Positions 1 through 8,912 of a stretch of 64,000 nucleotides of DNA are shown here, piece by piece. The translations under genes were made by a program, and so were the position numbers. A model generated the notes under the pieces. That model did no database searches. It had not been told where the DNA came from and saw nothing but the letters and a program-made list of their open reading frames with translations. Position 1 is the stretch's first letter; every line of letters begins with the position of its first letter. The stretch comes from Candidatus Eiseniibacteriota bacterium (GTDB lineage: Bacteria > Eisenbacteria > RBG-16-71-46 > CAIMUX01 > VGJL01), in the NCBI GenBank assembly GCA_963792585.1, contig CAWBWI010000001.1:1056001-1120000 (forward strand). Direction: 5' to 3'.

Positions 1-308
1 GGCCGTCCGTCGACGGAGCGTCGGGGGCGCGTATCCGAAGCGCCGCAGCGCCCGGGCGACCGGTCGACCTGGACGCGCCCGGCGCGTCCAAGCCGAGAGA
101 CCCCGTCGACCAGGCCGTCCAGGGCCCCCGATGCTCGCTCCTCTCGCGGTAACGCATCGCCGTCGCGCAGTTCCGCCCCCGCCCGCGTGAGCGCCCCGCC
201 GCGAGCGAGTTCCTCTCCATCGCGGCCCTCCGCGCCCTCGCGGCCGAGCCCCGCTCCGGCGAGGCCCAGCAGGTAGAGAGGTCGAAGCGCCGACTGGCGG
301 ATCGACTA

Positions 309-341
309 AAGCCCCCGTCCCTGTTCAAGGGACGGGGGCTT
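309..341 (-). terminator. Intrinsic terminator hairpin after paralog 4
   Basis: AAGCCCCCGTCCCT/AGGGACGGGGGCTT perfect inverted repeat about 40 nt after the stop at 384. Confidence 0.75.
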
Positions 342-383
342 CTTCATCGAGTCGGTGTCGGGCGGCGCCGGGCCCTGCGGACT

Positions 384-1103
384 CTACCTGAAGAGTGTCC
401 TGAGGCTCCCCCAACTCACCGGCAGGATCGGATCGGCCAGCTCACACTCGAATTCCTGGCTGGCGTCGTAGGGCACACCAAAGACCGTCTCCGCGGCTAC
501 CCAGTTCGGATACCCGTAGTAGGCGCTCCGAAAGGCCGTATCGCACCCCGTCACGGCGGCCGCCGCCAGTCGCCCCATGAATGGCTCGATGGTCCCATGA
601 TCCCCTGCCTGGGCCCCGAACCAGAGCTGCACGCTTGCGGTCACGGGTACGGAAACCGAAGCCTCGTAGACGAAGATCGGGTAGAACCCATTCTGGCAGT
701 AGATGAAGGTCTCCCCCGCGAAATCGCCGACCACGTACTCGGCCAGCAGCGCGCCGGGCAAACATCCCGAGTCGTCATAGAATCGGAGATTCCAGGTGCT
801 CGACAGATGGTGATCGCCGCATCCGTTCCCACCCCAGGAGCCTCCCCACCAGCGCGCCAGCGTGATGAGCCCTGAGTCGACCGGCAAGAAGTCGTTTGCG
901 AGTTCCGTCTCCACACCGAGCTGCCCGGCGATCTCCGAAGACCCGAGCAGCCCCTCGAGATTCGGCGCTTCGCTCCAGCAAACATCCCGCCCACCGGCGA
1001 GTACATTCGAGCCGCCACCGCCGGCGGAGGGCGGAGACTGTCCGGCCGCAGCCGAACCCAACACTCCGAGACACAGAATCACATAGAGTGTGCGATTCTT
1101 CAT
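384..1103 (-). CDS. Secreted protein, divergent paralog 4 of the tandem family, with SWG-type C-terminal tail
   Basis: Signal peptide; shares ETELANDF, ARWWGG, WNLRFYDD and DASQEF with the next three genes; ends VSWGSLRTLFR. Confidence 0.85.
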   Translation of the reverse strand: MKNRTLYVILCLGVLGSAAAGQSPPSAGGGGSNVLAGGRDVCWSEAPNLEGLLGSSEIAGQLGVETELANDFLPVDSGLITLARWWGGSWGGNGCGDHHLSSTWNLRFYDDSGCLPGALLAEYVVGDFAGETFIYCQNGFYPIFVYEASVSVPVTASVQLWFGAQAGDHGTIEPFMGRLAAAAVTGCDTAFRSAYYGYPNWVAAETVFGVPYDASQEFECELADPILPVSWGSLRTLFR

Positions 1104-1276
1104 GAAGCCACCCCCTCGCTGGGAACCACGGCAACGAGTCTACTCCGGTTTCGCGGATCGCGCCACCGGGACAAGAGGGGCGGCGACCCAGCTCGTTCCG
1201 TCACGGGAGACGCGACGTCACCGACGCAACGCGCCCAGCGCCGCCGGGCGATCCGCGCAGCGCGCGGCCCAATGCG

Positions 1277-1306
1277 GAAGCCCCCACCCTTTCGGGCGGG
1301 GGCTTC
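1277..1306 (-). terminator. Intrinsic terminator hairpin after paralog 3
   Basis: GAAGCCCCCGCCC-GAAA-GGGTGGGGGCTTC on the minus strand; the G-U pair forms only on that strand. Confidence 0.75.
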
Positions 1307-1336
1307 ATTGCCTACGTCAGACGTAGACGAAACGGA

Positions 1337-2050
1337 CTACCGGTAGAGCCCCTTGACGGCGCCCCACGTGGTGTCGTGCGTCGGAACCTCGCCGGCTCCG
1401 AATTCCTGGCTGGCGTCGAACGCGACACCGAACACATCGATGCCGGGCGTCCAGTCGGGATACGAGAAGTACACGCTCTTGAACACCGAGTCGCAGCCGG
1501 TGACGAAGCCAGCGGCAACGCGACCGCACTGCGGCGGGAACACATGGTCGGCAGCCTGCGCGCCGAACCAGTACAGGGTGTTTCCGGTGACCGGGAAGCT
1601 GACGGCAACTTCGTACTTGAAGATCGGGTAGAAGCCGCCCTGGCAGTAGACGTTCGTCTCGTTCGCGAAGGCGCCGAGATACTCGGCGAGCACCGTCAGA
1701 GGAACGCAGCCGCCGTCATCGTAGAACCGGAGGTTCCAGTTCGTCGCGTAGCCGATATCGCCACAGCCGTTGTTGTTCCAGTAACCACCCCACCAGCGCG
1801 CGAGGTCGATCACGTTGTCAGCTGTGAGGAAGAAATCGTTGGCGAGTTCCGTCTCGAGGCCCACGGAACCGATGACTTCCGACGACGCGATGAGACCCTC
1901 GAGGTCCACCGGCTCACTCCAGACGATGTCACGGCCCGAGTTGACGACGTTCTGCGTGCCACCGCCGCCAGCCATGAGGCTGGGGTTGATGGCGAGCGCG
2001 CTGCCAGCGACGACGAAGCTCAACGCCACGACAAAAGCAATCTTCTTCAT
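1337..2050 (-). CDS. Secreted protein, tandem paralog 3, with TWG tail
   Basis: Start MKKIAF after GGAGG; Sec signal ending ALA; ends TTWGAVKGLYR. Confidence 0.9.
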   Translation of the reverse strand: MKKIAFVVALSFVVAGSALAINPSLMAGGGGTQNVVNSGRDIVWSEPVDLEGLIASSEVIGSVGLETELANDFFLTADNVIDLARWWGGYWNNNGCGDIGYATNWNLRFYDDGGCVPLTVLAEYLGAFANETNVYCQGGFYPIFKYEVAVSFPVTGNTLYWFGAQAADHVFPPQCGRVAAGFVTGCDSVFKSVYFSYPDWTPGIDVFGVAFDASQEFGAGEVPTHDTTWGAVKGLYR

Positions 2051-2229
2051 GATGAGGGATTCCTCCATTGTCAGGACACGTTTGCACCAAGGTTCGTTAC
2101 CTACAGACGGTTCCAGGTACGCCAAGCCCTGTAACACAGAGCCATCGTCCCCGGTGCACCCCGCATTCGCGGGGTTCGTTCCGTTGGACGGACCCCCTAC
2201 CCCGTCGCCGGATCGGTCTAGGAGATCGC
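2051..2229 (-). ncRNA. Candidate structured 5' leader RNA, copy A
   Basis: Non-coding sequence conserved with 3095-3276; four hairpins with a compensatory change. Confidence 0.55.
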
Positions 2230-2235
2230 GGGATC

Positions 2236-2264
2236 AGTATGGGCCCCGGCGGGGCATTGATCAA
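2236..2264 (-). promoter_or_regulatory. sigma70-type promoter
   Basis: TTGATC-N17-CATACT with an AT-rich tract upstream. Confidence 0.7.
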
Positions 2265-2319
2265 CATATTTTTTCGTTGATATCAGGCAATGAGGGGTGG
2301 TGGGGGCGGATGGGCAAAG

Positions 2320-2347
2320 GGGTCCCTTGCCCGAAGGCAAGGGACCC
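2320..2347 (-). terminator. Intrinsic terminator hairpin after paralog 2
   Basis: 12-bp stem GGGTCCCTTGCC with UUCG loop on the minus strand, followed by CTTT. Confidence 0.8.
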
Positions 2348-2377
2348 GATTGGTACAGCAGCACTTAGACTATCAGA

Positions 2378-3094
2378 CTACCGGTAGAGCCCCTTGATGG
2401 CGCCCCACGTGGTGCTGTTCGTCGGGGTATCACAGTTCGCCTCGAACTCCTGGCTGGCGTCGAACGCAACACCGAACACGTCGATGCCGGGCGTCCAGTC
2501 GGGGTACGAGAAGTAGGCACTCTTGAACACCGAGTCGCAGCCGACGACGCCGCCGGAGGCAACGCGACCGACCTGCGGCGGGAACGCGTGGTCCGCACAC
2601 TGCGCGCCGAACCAGTAGAGGGTGTTCGCGGTCACCGGGACGCTGACTCCAACCTGGTACACGAAGATCGGGTAGAAGCCGCCCTGGCAGTAGACGTTCG
2701 TCTCATTCGCGAAGGCGCCGAGGTACTCGGCAACCGTGCTCAGAGGAACGCAGCCGCCGTCATCGTAGAACCGAAGGTTCCAGTTCGTCCCGTAGCCGAC
2801 ATCGCCGCAGCCGTTGTTGTTGTAGTAACCACCCCACCAGCGGGCGAGGCAGAGGGTGGCATCAGAGGTGAGGTAGAAATCGTTGGCGATTTCCGTCTCG
2901 AGGCCCACGGAACCGATGACTTCCGACGACGCGATGAGGCCCTCGAGGTCGACCGGCTCGCTCCAGACCACGTTACGGCCGGAGTTGACGATGTTCTGCG
3001 TGCCACCGCCGCCCGCCATGAGGCTGGGGTTGATGGCGAGCGCGCTGCCAGCGACGACGAAGCTCAGAGCGAGCACAAAAGCAATCTTCTTCAT
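2378..3094 (-). CDS. Secreted protein, tandem paralog 2, with TWG tail
   Basis: Start MKKIAF; near-identical to its neighbours; ends TTWGAIKGLYR. Confidence 0.9.
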   Translation of the reverse strand: MKKIAFVLALSFVVAGSALAINPSLMAGGGGTQNIVNSGRNVVWSEPVDLEGLIASSEVIGSVGLETEIANDFYLTSDATLCLARWWGGYYNNNGCGDVGYGTNWNLRFYDDGGCVPLSTVAEYLGAFANETNVYCQGGFYPIFVYQVGVSVPVTANTLYWFGAQCADHAFPPQVGRVASGGVVGCDSVFKSAYFSYPDWTPGIDVFGVAFDASQEFEANCDTPTNSTTWGAIKGLYR

Positions 3095-3276
3095 GATGAG
3101 GAATTCCTCCATTGTCAGCTAATACGTTTCCACCAAGTTTTGTTGCCTTCAGACCGTTCCCAGGCACGCTCAGCCCCGTAACACAGAGCTACCGTCCCCG
3201 GTACACCCCGCGTTCGCGGGGCTCGTTCCGTTGGACTGACCCCCCATCCCGTCGCCGGATCGGTCCAGGAGGTCGC
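3095..3276 (-). ncRNA. Candidate structured 5' leader RNA, copy B
   Basis: Aligns with 2051-2229 and keeps the same stems. Confidence 0.55.
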
Positions 3277-3282
3277 GATATC

Positions 3283-3311
3283 AGTATGCAATCGTCTAAG
3301 GCTGTGGTCAA
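3283..3311 (-). promoter_or_regulatory. sigma70-type promoter
   Basis: TTGACC-N17-CATACT preceded by an A-tract. Confidence 0.75.
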
Positions 3312-3365
3312 GTTTTTTTATCGTGCAAATCGGGGAATGGCCGCTCTCGGGGTCTGTTTAACAGA

Positions 3366-3395
3366 CGGATCCCCCGCCCGAAGGCAGGGGATCCG
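3366..3395 (-). terminator. Intrinsic terminator hairpin after paralog 1
   Basis: CGGATCCCCTGCC-TTCG-GGCGGGGGATCCG on the minus strand. Confidence 0.8.
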
Positions 3396-3424
3396 CTTGG
3401 TACAAACTAACTTAGAGGATCAGA

Positions 3425-4138
3425 CTACCGGTAGAGCCCCTTGATGGCGCCCCAGGTGGTGCTGTTCGTCGGGACCGGGCCGGCCTCGAACTCCTGGCTG
3501 GCGTCGAACGCGACACCGAACACGTCGATGCCGGGCGTCCAGTCGGGATACGCGAAGTAGACACTCTTGAACACCGAGTCGCAACCGACGACGCCGCCGG
3601 AAGCAACGCGACCGCACTGCGGCGGGAACGCATGGTCGGCAACCTGCGCACCGAACCAGTACAGGGTGTTGCCGGTGATCGGCATGCTGACGGCAGCTTG
3701 ATACGAGAAGATCGGGTAGAAGCCACCCTGGCAATAAACGTTGGTCTCGTTCGCGAAGGCGCCGAGGTACTCGGCAAGCACCGTCAGCGGAACGCAGCCA
3801 CCGTCATCGTAGAACCGAAGGTTCCAGGTCGTCGCGTAGCCGACATCGCCGCAACCGTTGTTGTTCCAGTAACCACCCCACCAGCGGGCGAGGGTGATCG
3901 TGTTATCAGCGCCGAGGAAGAAATCGTTGGCGAGTTCCGTCTCGAGGCCCACGGAACCGATGACTTCCGACGACGCGATGAGACCCTCGAGGTCCACCGG
4001 CTCGCTCCAGACCACGTCACGGCCGGAGTTGACGACGTTCTGCGTGCCGCCGCCGCCAGCCATGAGGCTGGGGTTGATGGCGAGCGCGCTACCAGCGACG
4101 ACGAAGCTCAACGCCACGACAAAAGCAAACTTCTTCAT
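3425..4138 (-). CDS. Secreted protein, tandem paralog 1, with TWG tail
   Basis: Start MKKFAF after GGAGG; ends TTWGAIKGLYR. Confidence 0.9.
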   Translation of the reverse strand: MKKFAFVVALSFVVAGSALAINPSLMAGGGGTQNVVNSGRDVVWSEPVDLEGLIASSEVIGSVGLETELANDFFLGADNTITLARWWGGYWNNNGCGDVGYATTWNLRFYDDGGCVPLTVLAEYLGAFANETNVYCQGGFYPIFSYQAAVSMPITGNTLYWFGAQVADHAFPPQCGRVASGGVVGCDSVFKSVYFAYPDWTPGIDVFGVAFDASQEFEAGPVPTNSTTWGAIKGLYR

Positions 4139-4325
4139 GAGTGGGATTCCTCCAAGCTTTGATGAAAAACCAGGTGATGAGCACCTTTTCACATGTCATG
4201 GACACGGGCGACGATGGGATTCCGTAATAGGGAAACCTCGCCTTGGATCCCTCGCCGAAGCGAGGCCCGCTCTTGTCGATCCAGGGCCCTCCACGCCGCT
4301 CGCCGGAGACGGTATGTTTGGCCCT
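4139..4325 (-). ncRNA. Candidate structured 5' leader RNA, divergent copy C
   Basis: Similar length and hairpin order to copies A and B; keeps the CCGGCGA apical motif. Confidence 0.4.
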
Positions 4326-4331
4326 GTACCG

Positions 4332-4360
4332 ATTATGGGACATCGCGCTTCGATAAGCAA
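4332..4360 (-). promoter_or_regulatory. sigma70-type promoter
   Basis: TTGCTT-N17-CATAAT with an AT-rich region upstream. Confidence 0.7.
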
Positions 4361-4477
4361 CGAAATTTCACATATTGTCGTGTCATATCAGGCCATACTC
4401 GGAATTCAACAGTAGTGGCACGGGGAATAGTCGTGGATCTTGCTTGCTTGCAATAGGATATCGATTCGCACGAGGGT

Positions 4478-5521
4478 CTACTCAGCACTCTCCCGGTACC
4501 CAATCTCGGGGCAATCCAGCCCGGGCGGGTGCCCGCCGCGTCGGCATGGAGAGCTCGCGGAAGGGGTGAAGTCACCGGCGGCCGGGTCGGTGAATTGTGG
4601 GTCTGCATTGAAGTTACCGTTGCCGGCGGTCAGGCACCCGGCCAGGTCGTCCCCCCCCGCATTCCCGAATATATCGCAGCAGCGCATGAATACCTTTGCG
4701 GGCGAGCTGCAGGAGAGCGCCTCTCCGGACCGACAAGACGCGATGATAGTATTCCGTATCGTCATCTCTCCCTGGCTCGACCAGATCCCCCCGCTGGATT
4801 CGAGGCCGGCGTTTTCGAAGAACGTCCCCTGGTCCAGCGTGAGGGACGAGTTCAGGCACCAGAGCCCCCCGCCCCGCTTGGCAGTGTTCCGGACGAAGAG
4901 CACATTCGACACCTCGGCAGAGCAGAACGACTTCACGCCGAGCCCGCCGCCGTTGTTGACGGCGGCGTTGTCGATGAATCGCATGTTGATCAGTTTCGGT
5001 GAGGATCTCAGATAGCAGACCATGCCTCCGCCGAAGTGGTCCGAGCGATTGTTGACGAGCCAGCAATCCGCGATCGTCGGGGAGGCGCCCAGGCAGAGGA
5101 TCCCACCACCGTAGTTCGCGGGGAGCCGACCCTCCACGTAACCCCCGGTGATGGTGAATCCCTGAATGCGTGTCTCTCGGCCCTCGCCTTCGTGGATGAA
5201 CAGACCGCGGTGCGGTTCCCCCGGACGGCCCTGACAATCGAGGATCGTCATCCCGGGGCCGCCGCCCCCGAGGAGCACGATGGACTTCCCGCGGAGCTCG
5301 ATGTCACGGTTCCCCGGTCCCACATACGTTCCCGGTCCGACGAGCACGGTGTCGCCGTCGCCGGCCGCGTTGATCGCCTCCTGGATCGTCTGCCGATCGT
5401 CATCGCCCTCGGCATGGACCTTCAACGTCGCTGCCTCGGCCGCGGCGGGAGCAAGAGCCAGCGCTGCGAAGATCAGGGGCGGAATACACTTCCACGGCAT
5501 TCGCAACGCAGGGATCATCAT
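4478..5521 (-). CDS. Secreted right-handed parallel beta-helix (pectin-lyase-like) repeat protein
   Basis: Signal peptide; TIQEAINAA..GDTVLVGPGTY; repeated GGG..C/FxxN motifs; GNGNFNADPQF. Confidence 0.85.
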   Translation of the reverse strand: MMIPALRMPWKCIPPLIFAALALAPAAAEAATLKVHAEGDDDRQTIQEAINAAGDGDTVLVGPGTYVGPGNRDIELRGKSIVLLGGGGPGMTILDCQGRPGEPHRGLFIHEGEGRETRIQGFTITGGYVEGRLPANYGGGILCLGASPTIADCWLVNNRSDHFGGGMVCYLRSSPKLINMRFIDNAAVNNGGGLGVKSFCSAEVSNVLFVRNTAKRGGGLWCLNSSLTLDQGTFFENAGLESSGGIWSSQGEMTIRNTIIASCRSGEALSCSSPAKVFMRCCDIFGNAGGDDLAGCLTAGNGNFNADPQFTDPAAGDFTPSASSPCRRGGHPPGLDCPEIGYRESAE

Positions 5522-5534
5522 GCTTGTTCCGATC

Positions 5535-6905
5535 TCAGCGCCAGATACGACGACTGGCGAACCCGAAGTTCGTACCCTCGATCCGCCGGAGAGGAATCGC
5601 CTCTTCGCGGACCCTGCCACTTTCGCCCCATCCTACGCGGATTGTGTCGGTAGCCGCAGGCAGATCGATCACGGCCATCGAGATCTCCCGGGGCAGCGTC
5701 AACCAGGTGCGTGTCTCGGCGCGCTCGGTCGCGGCCCCGAGCAGGTTCGCCAGCATGCCGCCGACATCCCCGCCCGCCTGCTGGGCCTGACGCTTGGCCC
5801 CGAACTTCAACAACGCTCGAATCGCCGTTCGCGCCATGATCGATGGCATGTCCCGGTTGAGTTGCCCTCGGGCCAGCAATGCCACATCCGCGGCCGGGAA
5901 CGCGTCGACCTCGACTTCCTTCCAGCCTCCGCACGCGGCCAGCGGCCGGAGATGGTCCGGACCGTATGTTGGAACGGCAAGCGACAACCAGTAGTCGATC
6001 TCGACCGGTTCGTATCGGCAGCGGCCATCCCGCAGGCATCCTACCCGATCTCCCACGATTGGCCCGAGGGATGCGGCGTCCTTCCCCGACTCGACCTTCA
6101 AGATCGGGACGTCGAGACGGACCTCCTCCCTGGGAGGCACGAAACCCTGTTCGAAGTAGACGATCGCAGTGAATGGGGCCGCGCCACCGATGGCCTGATC
6201 CTCCCCGGCCGGACCGAGGAGGTCATCGAGGTCGACACCGCTTCCGCGAGCCAGCCGCCGCATCCTGCGAGGCAGCCAGGAGGAGAAGGCCACCGTATCC
6301 CCACCCGCATGCGCGGCATCCACGTAGAGCCGGCGGAAGATACGGAGCGCATCATCCCGATTGCCCGCCACCTCCTGTAGGAGCCCGGCGGTGAGATAGG
6401 TCACCGGAATCCAATCGCGGATCTCCCCACCGGAGGCATCTTGGAGTTCGTCGAGCAACCGCTCGATTCTCCTCGCCTCGACCACCGCACCCTCGAGGTC
6501 TCCGCTCTCGGCGTAGTTCCGCGCTAGGAACGTGCGCGCGAGCAGGCGCTCATACGGAGCGGGCCGGTAGGGGCGAATTCGATCGCTCGTCAGGAGGGAG
6601 GCCGCCTCGTTGCTGACGCTGCGCGTGTAGAGGTCCTCCGCGATTCGGTCGGCATCGTCGAACGCGCGGGTGCTTTCATCGAACCGTCCCTCCACCCGGA
6701 GCAACAGGGCTCGTTCGAGCTGATAGAGCGCATCATCCTCTCGTGGAGAACGATCGAGCTGCGCGAGCGCGGCGGCGGCGTCGCCCCGGGAGAGCTGGTC
6801 CAGGACGGGCTGCATCCCGCTGCGGTAGGGGGCGCAGCCGGAGAGGATCGCCGCGATCGGCAGGAGCACACCGAACGCGACGGCGGAGCGGCGAAGACGA
6901 GACAA
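5535..6905 (-). CDS. COG3014-family TPR-like lipoprotein
   Basis: Lipobox LSGC; D..PYRPAPYER and AETRTWLTLP motifs; follows lpoB as is typical; TTG start inferred. Confidence 0.75.
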   Translation of the reverse strand: MSRLRRSAVAFGVLLPIAAILSGCAPYRSGMQPVLDQLSRGDAAAALAQLDRSPREDDALYQLERALLLRVEGRFDESTRAFDDADRIAEDLYTRSVSNEAASLLTSDRIRPYRPAPYERLLARTFLARNYAESGDLEGAVVEARRIERLLDELQDASGGEIRDWIPVTYLTAGLLQEVAGNRDDALRIFRRLYVDAAHAGGDTVAFSSWLPRRMRRLARGSGVDLDDLLGPAGEDQAIGGAAPFTAIVYFEQGFVPPREEVRLDVPILKVESGKDAASLGPIVGDRVGCLRDGRCRYEPVEIDYWLSLAVPTYGPDHLRPLAACGGWKEVEVDAFPAADVALLARGQLNRDMPSIMARTAIRALLKFGAKRQAQQAGGDVGGMLANLLGAATERAETRTWLTLPREISMAVIDLPAATDTIRVGWGESGRVREEAIPLRRIEGTNFGFASRRIWR

Positions 6906-6922
6906 AGGAACGTGTCTCCCCG

Positions 6923-7552
6923 CTACTTCCCGTAGCGGCTCGTCTTGATCTCCTTCTTGATCTTCTTCTGGCCGATCCAGACCTTCTGGTTCGATTCGAT
7001 GTCGAGCAACGTCAGATCGGTCTGGTAGAAGACGACCTTCGTGCCGCCCTCCTTGTCCTCGATCGACTGGACGGTGCCCGAGAGCATGTAGTCCGCGCCG
7101 CGTTCCCGTCCCAGCTTCTTCACGGTCTCCTCCGAGGCATTCTCCCACTGGTCGGCCTTCTCGGCACGCAGGTCGAGGCGCTCCGTGGCGGTCGCCACGA
7201 CCTCGACCTTGCCCGAGTTGACGAGAGCTCGCTCGATGTCGGCAACGAACGTTCCCGCGGGGATGTGCTCGAGGCTCTGGTTGCGCACGCTCCCGACGAT
7301 GACGATGGGTTTCTTGCCCTCATGGGTCGCGTGTTCCGTGATCCAGGGTGCGTTCAGGCAATCCGTGATCATCGCCTCGGAGACCTCGCGGGAGTCGGTG
7401 TCGTTCCAGCGCCCCGAAAGGTCGGTCGTGGTGTCGGTAGCGACCCGTGTGACCTGTTTGCTCGAACCGCAACCAAAGGTCGCCGTGAGAATTAGGGCAA
7501 GCGACCCGGCTACGAGGAAGCCGTGTAGGCGGGTGCGGCAGATCTCCATCAT
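6923..7552 (-). CDS. lpoB: Penicillin-binding protein activator LpoB-family lipoprotein
   Basis: Lipobox FGC; DLSGRWNDTD, GADYMLSG and VWIGQKKIKK motifs. Confidence 0.8.
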   Translation of the reverse strand: MMEICRTRLHGFLVAGSLALILTATFGCGSSKQVTRVATDTTTDLSGRWNDTDSREVSEAMITDCLNAPWITEHATHEGKKPIVIVGSVRNQSLEHIPAGTFVADIERALVNSGKVEVVATATERLDLRAEKADQWENASEETVKKLGRERGADYMLSGTVQSIEDKEGGTKVVFYQTDLTLLDIESNQKVWIGQKKIKKEIKTSRYGK

Positions 7553-7663
7553 CGGTCTCCTTTCAAAGCCCCCAGGCCGGTGGGGCGATCGTCCGGTGTC
7601 TAGGGTTGCCGGCTGACGGCAAAATCCCTGCTGCTAGGGCCTAGACCCCAATTAGATAAGGAG

Positions 7664-7692
7664 TTGACTCTCTGGGTGCAACACAATAGACT
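7664..7692 (+). promoter_or_regulatory. sigma70-type promoter of the GT2 gene
   Basis: TTGACT-N17-TAGACT. Confidence 0.65.
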
Positions 7693-7851
7693 GCCAACGG
7701 CTCGGGGAGGCGGCCGCTGTTGCGGCCGAACGATAGGGATTATCACAACCAAGGGCATTCCTTCCCGGGTGAATCATAGGTCGACCCGTGCGGGTATTTC
7801 GTACCATGCCCGGCGACGGTCGTCCAGGTGGACTCAGGGAGGGAGACATCC

Positions 7852-8859
7852 ATGACCCAGGTCTCTGTGATCATCCCCACGTTCAACCGAAGGGAATGTC
7901 TCGTCGACACTGTTCGCTCTGCCCTGAACCAGACCTTCTCCGAGTTCGACGTCGTCATCGTGGACGACGGTAGCACGGACGAAAGCGCGGTCGCGATTCT
8001 GCGCGAATTCGGACCCGATCCGGAGAGGGCGGAGGTACTCTGGAGGCAACACTCCTCCACAACGGCCGGAACCTGTGGCTTCAACTTCTGGACCTCGGAT
8101 ATCGCCCTTCAGTACATCTACCAGGCCAATCGCGGCATGGGCGCAGCCCGCAATCGCGGTCTGCAGGCGTCCCACGGGGAGAACGTCGCCTTCCTCGAGC
8201 CGGAATACCTCTGGGAGACGGATCACCTGCAGCGGCACATGGAGTTCTTCGAGAAGAGCCCCGAATCGTGGATCGCTCACGGACGCTTGGTTGTCGGCAA
8301 ATCGCACTCCCGCAGCGCCAAGAAGCGGGCGCGCTCGGTGGGAGCGATGGGTTTCGAGGAAGTCGTCGCCGGGAACGATCTGGCCGCTTCGGCGATCGTC
8401 TGCCGGCGCCGGTGTCTCGAGCTGCATGGCGGCTTCGATGAAAACCTGCCGTCGTGCGAGGATTACGACCTGTGGATCCGCATCGCCGCGCACGTGCCGA
8501 TCTGTCTGGTCTCCGACTCCATCGTGCACGTCAAGAAGACGAGCCCGCCGCCCTCGTGGAGCCTCGATCGGTACCGCGTGTATGCACTCGAAAAGGCATT
8601 CCAGAGTGGGCACTTGACCTCGGATCAGAGACATCGGGTGGCGGAAGAGATGGTCCGGAGGTGCGATAGCCTGGTCGAAGGCTACCGCCAGCGAAACAAC
8701 ACCGAACGGGCCAACTTTTACGATCGCAAGAAGAAGAAGTTCGAGATGGAAGTTGCCAAACTCGACCGCAGCACCACCGCAGCCCAGAGTCGCGGTGGAC
8801 GCGTTCCCTCGGGCATGCGCGCGGACGAGGAGTTCCTTTCGCCGACCTTGGAGATGTAG
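7852..8859 (+). CDS. Glycosyltransferase family 2 protein with degenerate DxD motif
   Basis: VSVIIPTFNR, VDDGSTD, AARNRG, EDYDLWIR; FLEPEY where FLDSDD is usual. Confidence 0.9.
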   Translation: MTQVSVIIPTFNRRECLVDTVRSALNQTFSEFDVVIVDDGSTDESAVAILREFGPDPERAEVLWRQHSSTTAGTCGFNFWTSDIALQYIYQANRGMGAARNRGLQASHGENVAFLEPEYLWETDHLQRHMEFFEKSPESWIAHGRLVVGKSHSRSAKKRARSVGAMGFEEVVAGNDLAASAIVCRRRCLELHGGFDENLPSCEDYDLWIRIAAHVPICLVSDSIVHVKKTSPPPSWSLDRYRVYALEKAFQSGHLTSDQRHRVAEEMVRRCDSLVEGYRQRNNTERANFYDRKKKKFEMEVAKLDRSTTAAQSRGGRVPSGMRADEEFLSPTLEM

Positions 8860-8912
8860 GGGGGGTCCGCCCTCCGCGGCCTCAGGTCGCCGGGGCGGAA
8901 CGAGCGAGAAGG

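Noticed and set aside
1..300. GC-rich palindromic stretch at the window start
   Set aside because: No regular period and no assignable ORF; context is cut by the window edge.
2051..2229. Known c-di-AMP, c-di-GMP or cobalamin riboswitch
   Set aside because: The hallmark conserved words of these families are not present by eye; kept as an unknown motif pending an Rfam scan.
384..4138. Diversity-generating retroelement template/variable repeats
   Set aside because: All copies are complete genes, differences are not confined to adenines, and no reverse transcriptase is in the window.
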